Made by a program: the position numbers and the translations under genes. Shown here piece by piece: positions 27,363 to 40,756 of a DNA stretch of 64,000 nt. How positions within the stretch are numbered: the stretch's first letter is position 1; each line of letters opens with the position of its first letter. This stretch comes from an uncultured Syntrophus sp. (GTDB lineage: Bacteria; Desulfobacterota; Syntrophia; Syntrophales; UBA8958). The notes below the pieces were generated by a model. It was not told the DNA's origin and did no database searches. It saw only the letters and a program-made list of their open reading frames with translations. The stretch is taken from contig CAZNDG010000008.1 in assembly GCA_964571695.1 (NCBI GenBank), forward strand, positions 15,492-79,491, read 5' to 3'.

Positions 27363-28718
27363 TCAGCCGATGCTTTTTTGGACCAAGTCCGCCACCTGCC
27401 GGCAGTACCGTTCCGTTTCCTCGTTCGTCGGTCCTTCCACCATGACCCGGCACATGTTCTGGGTTCCCGAATAACGGACCAGGATTCGTCCCCGATCGCC
27501 CAGGGCGTTCTCCACGTCCCGGATGGCCGCGACGATCTCCGGGACCGTCTCGATGTCCGGCTTTGATTTGACGTCTATATTGATGAGCTTCTGGGGAAAG
27601 ACCGTCATCACCTTCGCCAGCTCCGATAGGGGCTGTTGCTCCTCCTTCATGGCAACGAGGAGTTGGAGGGCGCTGAGGATGCCGTCTCCCGTGGTGTGCT
27701 CGCGGAGGAAGATCAGATGTCCCGACTCCTCGCCGCCGATGGCCGCCCCCCGGGCCAGCATCTCTTCCAGGACATAACGGTCCCCCACTTTGGTGGCGAC
27801 CATGTCGATGCCCAGGGATTTCAGGGCAAGGGTGAGGCCGAGATTGCTCATTACGGTGGCCACCACCAGGTTGTTTGTGAGTTTACCCTTCTTTTTCATT
27901 ACCTTGGCGCAGATGGCCATGATCTGATCGCCGGTGAGGACGTTACCTTTTTCATCCACGGCAATGAGGCGGTCCCCGTCGCCGTCGAAGGCGAAGCCCA
28001 CATCGGCCCTCCTCTTCGCCAGCTTCTCCACGAGCATCTCCGTATGCTGGGAGCCGCAGTTGTCGTTGATATTGGAACCGTTCGGCTGGTCGAAGCGGGC
28101 CGTTACCTCCGCGCCAAGCTCCAGGAAGGTCTGCGGGGCGACGCGGTAGGTGGCGCCGTTGGCGCAATCCAACTCGATCTTCATCCCTTCGAGGGTATAT
28201 TCCTTGGGAAAGGTGCTCTTCAAAAAGACGATATAACGATCCCGGGCCCCGTCGATGCGGTAGGCCTTGCCCAGCTCCTGGGGGGAGGGGCGGAGATTGT
28301 GCAAGAGGTTTTTCAGGATCAGATCCTCGATCTCCAACTCCGTCTCGTCGGGGAGTTTGTAGCCGGTGCTGGAGAAGATCTTGATGCCGTTGTCCTGATA
28401 GGGGTTATGGGAGGCCGAGATGACGATGCCCGCGTCGGCACGCATGCTCTGGGTGAGAAAGGCGATCCCCGGCGTGGGCATTACCCCCACCATGATGGCA
28501 TCGACGCCCATGGAGCAGATTCCGGAAACGAGCGCGTTTTCCAGCATATAGCCGGAAATGCGGGTATCCTTGCCGATGATGATCCGGGGCCGGTGCCCCT
28601 GGCGCTTGAAGTAATGGGCCGTAGCCTTGCCCACGTTGAGGGCCAGATCCGCGGTCATGGGGTATTCGTTGGCCACCCCGCGAATTCCGTCTGTTCCAAA
28701 GAGTTTTCCCATAAGCAT
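27363..28718 (-). CDS. glmM: phosphoglucosamine mutase
   Basis: KLFGTDGIRG N-terminus, active-site ISASHNPYQDNGIK, GDGDRL metal loop, GGEESGH. Confidence 0.92.
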   Translation of the reverse strand: MLMGKLFGTDGIRGVANEYPMTADLALNVGKATAHYFKRQGHRPRIIIGKDTRISGYMLENALVSGICSMGVDAIMVGVMPTPGIAFLTQSMRADAGIVISASHNPYQDNGIKIFSSTGYKLPDETELEIEDLILKNLLHNLRPSPQELGKAYRIDGARDRYIVFLKSTFPKEYTLEGMKIELDCANGATYRVAPQTFLELGAEVTARFDQPNGSNINDNCGSQHTEMLVEKLAKRRADVGFAFDGDGDRLIAVDEKGNVLTGDQIMAICAKVMKKKGKLTNNLVVATVMSNLGLTLALKSLGIDMVATKVGDRYVLEEMLARGAAIGGEESGHLIFLREHTTGDGILSALQLLVAMKEEQQPLSELAKVMTVFPQKLINIDVKSKPDIETVPEIVAAIRDVENALGDRGRILVRYSGTQNMCRVMVEGPTNEETERYCRQVADLVQKSIG

Positions 28719-28751
28719 CCATCTCCTTTTCGTGATGATGAAAATTGACGG

Positions 28752-28780
28752 CGTATAACCTGCCGTGCAGGTAAAGTCAA
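28752..28780 (-). promoter_or_regulatory. candidate sigma70 promoter of glmM
   Basis: Minus strand: TTGACT (28780-28775), 17-nt spacer, TATACG (28757-28752). The spacer contains the ACCTG/CAGGT inverted repeat. Confidence 0.3.
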
Positions 28781-28793
28781 AGTATTTATTGTA

Positions 28794-34177
<5,384 letters not shown>

Positions 34178-34202
34178 ATCAGCAATTTCAGCGTCTCGAT
34201 CA

Positions 34203-35450
34203 TTAGCCTTTGCAAGCGGGTATGCAATCCAGGACCCGGTTGGAGACGGTATCCACGATGTTCTGCAGCCAATCCGTCCCCGCTTTGATGGTCTGTTCGT
34301 CCAGATTCTGGATGGTTTGGAGGTAGTCTCGGTGTTCCTGGCCCCGGATTTCCATGGCGGCCAGGAAGGATGTCCGGTCTTGGCCTTCCCGTTCCGCTTC
34401 GCTGCCGTCGGTGAAGCAGGCTTCGATAGCGGGCCATTTTTCCATAAATTCCCGTTTCTGCCGGATCAGGGTCTCCCGACGGGCGCCCGAGAGAATCCTT
34501 TCTGAGATGGCGATGGATTGTTCCATCTTTTCCGCCAAGGCCCGGAAACGGCTCAGCCGCTCGCCGATGGCCAGCTCCAGTTTGTCCAGCGCCCCGGCGT
34601 ACAGCTCCCCGCCCAGTTCCCGGGCGACGAAAAAGGGCCGGCGGACGAGAATGTACCATTGCCGGAGGGCGAGAAGATTGGCCAGATAAATGATGTTGTT
34701 GTGGATGCGTCGCCGGATGTCGCCGTAGAAGCCCATGTGAAAATTGACCTCGTAGGCCATGTTCCCCATCTGGCCGAGGAGTTTGCCCCCCTCGGGGCAG
34801 TCCCCCCGATAGACGGTTCCCGCCGAGACGACCGTTCCGTAACCGATCCGGGTGGGTCCCACGATTCCTCCCTGGCCGCCCAAGAAGATCGGGGGCTGAT
34901 TCAGCATGACGCCCCGGGGGACATCGCCGACCAGGGATGGGGTGGCCTTGTCCTGATTCGGGGTATAGTTGAAGTGAATATAAGAGCTTCCCACTTCCGT
35001 ATGGTTCTTCCGGCTCGTTCCTCCGGCGAGGAAGCAGTCGCAGAAGTTGATCAGGCTGCCGAGGGTGACAAAGGGAAAGAGGATCGTTTGTTTAAGACCC
35101 ACGGCATGGGCTCCGTTCGCCTCTTCCTCCAGGAGACAGCCCTCCCGCACCTGGGCGCCGCTGCCCAGATTTGCCTTTTCCAGACATACGGACCGGGTAA
35201 AAAACCCGCCTTTCAGTTCCACCCGGGGCCCCAACTGGCAATCGAGGATCGTAGCGGGGGTCTCGCAACCAAGTTTAACCCCTGGCATGATCAGGGTTTT
35301 TTCCCCGCGGATCCGCGTGCCGCTGTAAAAGATCACTCCCTCGCCGGCGATACGTTCTATCGCCACTTCCGGTCCGATCTCCACGGTGGCCGGATTGGGC
35401 ATGGCCACCCCTTTTTCGAGCAGGAGTCTTATTTTGGGATCGGTGGACAT
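34203..35450 (-). CDS. left-handed beta-helix protein resembling the GlmU C-terminal acetyltransferase domain, plus a helical C-terminal domain
   Basis: Hexapeptide-repeat region (IGPEVAIE..., LGSGAQVREGCLL, GGQGGIVGPTRIGYGTVVSAGTV). No N-terminal nucleotidyltransferase G-x-G-T-R-M-type motif seen. GGAGGAG SD. Confidence 0.55.
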   Translation of the reverse strand: MSTDPKIRLLLEKGVAMPNPATVEIGPEVAIERIAGEGVIFYSGTRIRGEKTLIMPGVKLGCETPATILDCQLGPRVELKGGFFTRSVCLEKANLGSGAQVREGCLLEEEANGAHAVGLKQTILFPFVTLGSLINFCDCFLAGGTSRKNHTEVGSSYIHFNYTPNQDKATPSLVGDVPRGVMLNQPPIFLGGQGGIVGPTRIGYGTVVSAGTVYRGDCPEGGKLLGQMGNMAYEVNFHMGFYGDIRRRIHNNIIYLANLLALRQWYILVRRPFFVARELGGELYAGALDKLELAIGERLSRFRALAEKMEQSIAISERILSGARRETLIRQKREFMEKWPAIEACFTDGSEAEREGQDRTSFLAAMEIRGQEHRDYLQTIQNLDEQTIKAGTDWLQNIVDTVSNRVLDCIPACKG

Positions 35451-35469
35451 ATCTCCTCCGTAATGACGC

Positions 35470-35766
35470 TTAACGTTCCAAACCGAATTTGGTCATCTTT
35501 TTGTGGAAGGTGTTGCGGTTGATGCCCAGATAATCGGCGGCCCGGCTTTTGACGTACTGGGATCGCTCCAGGGCGATCCTGAAGAGGCATCGTTCCACGA
35601 TGGCGGTTACGTCCTCATATACCCTGCTTTTTGCCGCCGTAGTGTCGCCGAGGATCGTGACGATGTCCGCCAGTTTCTGGGAGAGGATTTCTTCCGCCAC
35701 CGCATGGAGGGATGTCGCCCTCTCCTTATTGACCCCCAGCGGTGTTTCTTTGTGATTGTCCTTCAT
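35470..35766 (-). CDS. Fis-family DNA-binding protein (HTH_8)
   Basis: C-terminal SRAADYLGINRNTFHKKMTKFGL HTH. 98 aa after trimming to the MKDNHK start. Confidence 0.65.
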   Translation of the reverse strand: MKDNHKETPLGVNKERATSLHAVAEEILSQKLADIVTILGDTTAAKSRVYEDVTAIVERCLFRIALERSQYVKSRAADYLGINRNTFHKKMTKFGLER

Positions 35767-35792
35767 AAAACCGGCTTTTTTATCCTTACTTT

Positions 35793-36320
35793 TTAGGGAG
35801 TTAATTTCATGTATATGATGACCAGCAGGACAACGGCGGCCACCCAAACCGCCGTGAGGTCGGATATGTTCCGGGTTGGATTATCGATCTGCTCCCTGGC
35901 CTCGGCTTCGATCTCGATCTTTCCCCCATCGAGATGCCGGATGATTTCCCCCACCAGGGTGGAAAAGGAATCATAGGCGTTCGAGATGATATGAAACCCC
36001 TTCTTGGTTGTCAAGAGGATATAGATCCTGCTTCGCACTTTCAGGCAACCCACATGGGTGATGTCACTCCACAGGAGTTCCCTGCTCTTGAGGAGCTTCT
36101 TCAGCGCCACGCCTCCCTCGGAAACCGAAACGCTCCGGTTCATGGCCTCCAGAAAGATCAAGAGGGACAGGCCGGCAAAGACGGTTAGGACGATCCTTTC
36201 CGTTCCGGAACCTTTATATGCCAGGGAGAGGATAAGCAGAAACAGGAGGAGCAGGACGTCGATACCCAAGGGGATGACGAACGACCGGCGGATGCGGTAT
36301 GTGCCCTCGGACATGATCAA
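35793..36320 (-). CDS. hypothetical membrane protein (two N-terminal TM, bacterial PH-like middle region, one C-terminal TM)
   Basis: Hydrophobic segments (VIPLGIDVLLLLFLLILSL, IVLTVFAGLSLLIFL, VWVAAVVLLVIIY). No family assigned with certainty. Confidence 0.45.
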   Translation of the reverse strand: MIMSEGTYRIRRSFVIPLGIDVLLLLFLLILSLAYKGSGTERIVLTVFAGLSLLIFLEAMNRSVSVSEGGVALKKLLKSRELLWSDITHVGCLKVRSRIYILLTTKKGFHIISNAYDSFSTLVGEIIRHLDGGKIEIEAEAREQIDNPTRNISDLTAVWVAAVVLLVIIYMKLTP

Positions 36321-36796
36321 TCCTTTCTGGTGAAAGAACCGCTTTTTCCGCCGCTTTTAGCGACGAGCATGACGTCGGAAATGATCATTTCCCGGTCGGC
36401 GGCTTTGCACATGTCATAGATGGTGAGGGCGGCGACGCTTACGGCGGTCAGGGCCTCCATCTCCACGCCGGTCCGGCCTACGGTTCGTACCCGGGCCTCG
36501 ATGGCGATCTCACCCCGTTCGCGGTTGTCGGTAAAAAAAATATCGATTCCCGTAAGCTCCAGCGGATGGCACATGGGAATCAGGCGCCCCGTTTCTTTGG
36601 CGGCCATGGTCCCGGCGATGCGGGCAACACCGATGACGTCCCCCTTCGGGATACCGCCGTCGGCAATGAGGGCCAGGGTCTCCTGTTTCATCACGACCCG
36701 GCCCCGGGCCACCGCCTCCCTGGTCGTCGGTTCCTTGCCGGTGACATCGACCATTTTTGCCCGGCCCCGCTCATCTACGTGCGTCAGCTTTACCAC
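36317..36796 (-). CDS. moaC: cyclic pyranopterin monophosphate synthase MoaC
   Basis: LTHVDERGRAKMVDV..., PMCHPL, GVEMEALTAVSVAALTIYDM. GTG 36796 chosen because the conserved N-terminus begins there. Confidence 0.88.
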   Translation of the reverse strand: MVKLTHVDERGRAKMVDVTGKEPTTREAVARGRVVMKQETLALIADGGIPKGDVIGVARIAGTMAAKETGRLIPMCHPLELTGIDIFFTDNRERGEIAIEARVRTVGRTGVEMEALTAVSVAALTIYDMCKAADREMIISDVMLVAKSGGKSGSFTRKD

Positions 36797-37028
36797 TTGA
36801 AAACGCCACCTCGCCGCGAAGAATTGTTGCGCGTTTATGCTTTCCCCATCCGCCATCAGGGTCAGGTGCGCAAGGTATGCCACTTTTCCCTTTTCCCAGC
36901 GACGGCTCCGCGCCCTGGTTCATTGCCTTAGGACACAAAACTTATCACAGCCGTTTTTTCCCGTCAAGACAGTTGAAAAATCTCTGGAATTTCTATATAT
37001 ATACCGCGATTTTTCCTTCGGGGGCGTT

Positions 37029-38558
37029 ATGATCGTAAAAGTCCTGGGCAGTTCCGTAATCGGCATTGATGGCTACCTCATCGATGTCGAGGTCTATACC
37101 GCCTCGGGGCTTCCCCAGTTCTCCACGGTGGGCCTGCCCGACGTGGCCGTCCGGGAAAGCCGGGAACGGATCAAGGCGGCGGTCAAGAGTTCCGGCTATC
37201 CCTTTCCCCGTCATCATGTCACCGTCAATCTTGCCCCGGCGGACATCAGGAAAGAGGGCACGGGGTTCGACCTCCCCATTGCCGTCGGCATCCTGGCGGC
37301 GGAAGACGTGGTCCGGCCGGATCTGCTGGGCGCCTACCTCCTCCTCGGGGAGCTGTCGCTCGACGGCCGGATCAAGGGGGTCCACGGGGCGCTGCCGGCC
37401 GCCCTCAAGACCCGGGACCTGGGCCTGCGGGGCATCCTGGTCTCCCCGGAGAACGCCGCGGAGGCCGCCCTGGTGGCGGGTATCGAGGCAATACCCGTGG
37501 CATCCCTCACTGAAGTGGTAGAATTTCTGAATGAGGTCAAGAAGATAGAGCCGGCGCGCCGGGATGAACGGGACGTCTTTTCCGGGACTGAGGATGAGGA
37601 TTGTGATTTCCGGGACGTCCAGGGACAGGACCAGGCCAAGCGCGCCCTGGAGATTGCCGCGGCCGGGGCCCACAATATCCTGCTCCTCGGACCGCCGGGA
37701 AGCGGCAAGACCATGCTTGCCAGGCGCCTGTCCTCCATCCTGCCCGCCCTTTCCTTTGCCGAGGCCGTGGAGGCGGCGAAGATCTATTCCGTCGCCGGCC
37801 TTTTGAATCGCGGCGAGGTGATGATCCGCCGCCGTCCCTTCCGCGCCCCCCATCATACCATCTCCGACGCCGGCCTCATCGGCGGGGGCGCGACGCCCCG
37901 TCCCGGCGAGATCAGCCTGGCCCATCACGGGGTGCTTTTCCTCGACGAACTGCCGGAATTCCGGAAAAACGCCCTGGAGGCACTGCGGCAGCCCCTGGAA
38001 GAGGGGACGGTCACCATCGCCCGGGCGGCCACGACGGTGGTCTATCCGGCCCGCTTTTTGTTCGTGGCGGCCATGAACCCCTGCCCCTGTGGATATTACG
38101 GCGACGCCCGCCAGACCTGCCGGTGCAGCGCCCAGCAAATCCGCCAGTACCAGCGGCGCCTGTCCGGGCCGCTTCTGGACCGCATCGATCTCCACATCGA
38201 AGTGCCGTCACTGCGCTACCGGGAGCTGACGGGGCGCTACCAGGGAGAAACCTCCGCCGTAATCCGGGAGCGGATCGATAAGGCCCGGACCATACAGGAG
38301 CGGCGTTTTGCGGGAAAGATGACTCCCTTCAACGCCCGTATGTCCGACGCCGAGGTCAAGCGTTACTGCCGGATCGATGGGGATGCCCAGCAATTGCTCG
38401 AAATGGCCATGGAAAAGCTCGGACTGAGCGCCCGGGCCTACAAGCGGATCCTCAAGGTGGCCCGGACGATCGCCGATCTCGATGACCGGGAGTGCCTGGA
38501 GGCATCTCACGTTGCCGAGGCGATCCAGTACAGAAATCTTGATCGAAAACTCGTTTAG
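37029..38558 (+). CDS. YifB/ComM-family Mg-chelatase-like AAA+ ATPase
   Basis: Lon-like N-domain (DVEVYTASGLPQFSTVGLPDVAVRESRERI), Walker A GPPGSGKT, GVLFLDELPEF, C4 zinc-like CPCGYYG...CRC. Confidence 0.85.
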   Translation: MIVKVLGSSVIGIDGYLIDVEVYTASGLPQFSTVGLPDVAVRESRERIKAAVKSSGYPFPRHHVTVNLAPADIRKEGTGFDLPIAVGILAAEDVVRPDLLGAYLLLGELSLDGRIKGVHGALPAALKTRDLGLRGILVSPENAAEAALVAGIEAIPVASLTEVVEFLNEVKKIEPARRDERDVFSGTEDEDCDFRDVQGQDQAKRALEIAAAGAHNILLLGPPGSGKTMLARRLSSILPALSFAEAVEAAKIYSVAGLLNRGEVMIRRRPFRAPHHTISDAGLIGGGATPRPGEISLAHHGVLFLDELPEFRKNALEALRQPLEEGTVTIARAATTVVYPARFLFVAAMNPCPCGYYGDARQTCRCSAQQIRQYQRRLSGPLLDRIDLHIEVPSLRYRELTGRYQGETSAVIRERIDKARTIQERRFAGKMTPFNARMSDAEVKRYCRIDGDAQQLLEMAMEKLGLSARAYKRILKVARTIADLDDRECLEASHVAEAIQYRNLDRKLV

Positions 38559-38675
38559 TGATAATGGTGGCGACCAGTCATCAATCGGGAGCAGGGTGGG
38601 GAGTTTTTAACCCGCGCCGGTCTTTCGGCCGTCTTTTGCCGGCTCTCGAACTATCAAGGGGGGAAAGGGAATCTT

Positions 38676-39749
38676 ATGGAAATCAGTATTATTCAGACCG
38701 ATCCGGCGAAAAGGAAGGCCAAGCCGAAAGACGAGTCGAAACTGGGATTCGGAAGGGTCTTCACCGATCATATGTTTACCATGACTTACCATTCCAGCCG
38801 GGGTTGGTACGATCCCGCCGTCCGGCCCTATGAGGATCTCAGCCTCGATCCGGCGGCCATGTGTCTCCACTACGGCCAGCTCATCTTCGAGGGCATGAAG
38901 GCCTATAGGGGCAAAAACGGGGAGATATATCTGTTCCGGCCCGGGGAGAATATCCGGCGGATGAATGAATCGGCCAGACGTCTCTGCATGCCGACCCTGG
39001 ATCCGGAGGTCTTTTTGGAAGGCCTGAAAAAACTCGTCCTCCTGGAAAAGGACTGGATCCCCAAAAGCAGCGGCGCCTCCCTGTATATCCGGCCCACCAT
39101 GATCGCCACCGAGGCGGCCCTGGGAGTCCATCCCGCCGATGCCTATCTGTTCTATATTATTGTCGGTCCGGTAGGGGCTTACTATCCCGAGGGGTTCAGT
39201 CCGACCAAGATTTATGTCGTGGAGGAATACGTCCGTTCCGCTCCGGGGGGGATCGGCTATTGCAAGGCCGCCGGGAACTATGCGGCGAGCCTCATGGCCA
39301 GCGCCATGGCCGTCGAAAAGGGATATACGCAGGTCCTCTGGCTCGATGCCGTGAACAGAAAATACGTGGAGGAAGTGGGGACGAGCAACATCTTCTTCGT
39401 CATCGACGGCGAATTGATCACCCCGCCGTTGGGGGGGACGATCCTGCCGGGCGTCACCCGCGATTCGGTCCTGCGGATCGCCCGCGCCTGGGGCCTAAAG
39501 GTTTCCGAGCGTCTCCTGTCAATGGAAGAGATCCTGGCGGCCTGTCAAAACGGTTCCCTGCAAGAGTCTTTTGCCTCGGGAACGGCGGCCATCGTTTCTC
39601 CTATCGGACAGATATGTTACCAGAATCGGGAGTATGCCATCAATGAAGGCCGCACGGGAAGCCTGACGGAGAGGCTTTACGAGGAGATCCTGCGGATTCA
39701 GTACGGAGAAAAGGAAGACCCCTTCGGCTGGAGGATGCGGATCGACTGA
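38676..39749 (+). CDS. ilvE: branched-chain amino acid aminotransferase
   Basis: FGRVFTDHMF N-terminus, class IV aminotransferase motifs (EGMKAYR, EVGTSNIFF, GVTRDS). Confidence 0.88.
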   Translation: MEISIIQTDPAKRKAKPKDESKLGFGRVFTDHMFTMTYHSSRGWYDPAVRPYEDLSLDPAAMCLHYGQLIFEGMKAYRGKNGEIYLFRPGENIRRMNESARRLCMPTLDPEVFLEGLKKLVLLEKDWIPKSSGASLYIRPTMIATEAALGVHPADAYLFYIIVGPVGAYYPEGFSPTKIYVVEEYVRSAPGGIGYCKAAGNYAASLMASAMAVEKGYTQVLWLDAVNRKYVEEVGTSNIFFVIDGELITPPLGGTILPGVTRDSVLRIARAWGLKVSERLLSMEEILAACQNGSLQESFASGTAAIVSPIGQICYQNREYAINEGRTGSLTERLYEEILRIQYGEKEDPFGWRMRID

Positions 39750-40050
39750 GGGGACAGCCGCGGCGGCACGGATTAGGGACGCTATTCCGGGCACTTGTCC
39801 CGGCAATTCACAAAGGTGTGGAAAAAACTGTTGATAACTATGTGTACAGTTTTCCTAAGTCTATAAATGATACGGTTTTATATCGGATTGCCGCTCTTTT
39901 AGGCAGACTTAAAGTATAAACAAAACAAATAGTTATGCAGGTATTGAAGTTTTTTCATGGGTTAGGCGCCCCGTTGTGTGAGATATGCACATGATCCGGG
40001 AAATGGCATAATTTTTGACCGGTGGGTCATGGCGGTCAGGGAGGTGGAGG

Positions 40051-40734
40051 ATGTATAGAAATTTGTTTCTCATTGGGGTCGTAATAGTGGCGGCCGCCGT
40101 TCTGATCGGGTTTTCCGGGCCGTCCGCGGGGCGGGAGCCGCCCGCCCTGGAGGAGGTGATCCGGGGATTGCAGACCGTCTATGAAAAAACCACCGATCTG
40201 AAGGCGTCGTTCGTCCAGGAGGTTGCCCTGGCGTCGGTGAACCGCAAGGAGCGGGAAGAAGGAACAGTCTATTACAAACCACCCCGGCGCATGCTCTGGG
40301 ATTATACAAAACCGGCGGTCAAAAAGCTGATCATCAATCCCGACAAGGCCTATCTGTATGTCCCCAAGGACCGGGCGGTTTACGTCCAGGAAACGGCCCG
40401 GATCTTCAAATCCCAGCTTATTGTGCGTCTCCTCGACGGGCTCGGGAAGGTGACCGAGGATTTTCAACTTGCCTTCGCGGATCCCGGGGCGCCCACGGAT
40501 AAAAACGGCAATTATCTCTTGGTCATGACGCCGAAAAAGGCCGATCTTGGGGTGGACAGGATCTTCGTGACCCTGAGTCATGAGGATTACACCATCATCC
40601 AATGCCGTTTCGCAGACACTTTCGGCAACCGGACCACGGTGCAGTTCCGCAACATTCAACGCAATATCAAGCTGTCCGACAAGCTGTTCCAGTTCAAGAC
40701 CCCGCCCAAAGTCGAGGTCTATCCGCTTTCATGA
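40051..40734 (+). CDS. lolA: outer-membrane lipoprotein carrier protein LolA
   Basis: Signal anchor, then DLKASFVQE...EGTVYYKPPRRMLWDY...YLYVP (LolA fold pattern). ATG 40051 preceded by GGAGGTGGAGG. Confidence 0.75.
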   Translation: MYRNLFLIGVVIVAAAVLIGFSGPSAGREPPALEEVIRGLQTVYEKTTDLKASFVQEVALASVNRKEREEGTVYYKPPRRMLWDYTKPAVKKLIINPDKAYLYVPKDRAVYVQETARIFKSQLIVRLLDGLGKVTEDFQLAFADPGAPTDKNGNYLLVMTPKKADLGVDRIFVTLSHEDYTIIQCRFADTFGNRTTVQFRNIQRNIKLSDKLFQFKTPPKVEVYPLS

Positions 40735-40756
40735 CCGGATATCGCTTTTGTACGTT

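Noticed and set aside
39817-39825. DnaA-box-like TGTGGAAAA
   Set aside because: It is a single copy with one mismatch to TGTGGATAA. There is no cluster of boxes, no adjacent dnaA/dnaN, and no AT-rich 13-mer array, so this is not an origin.
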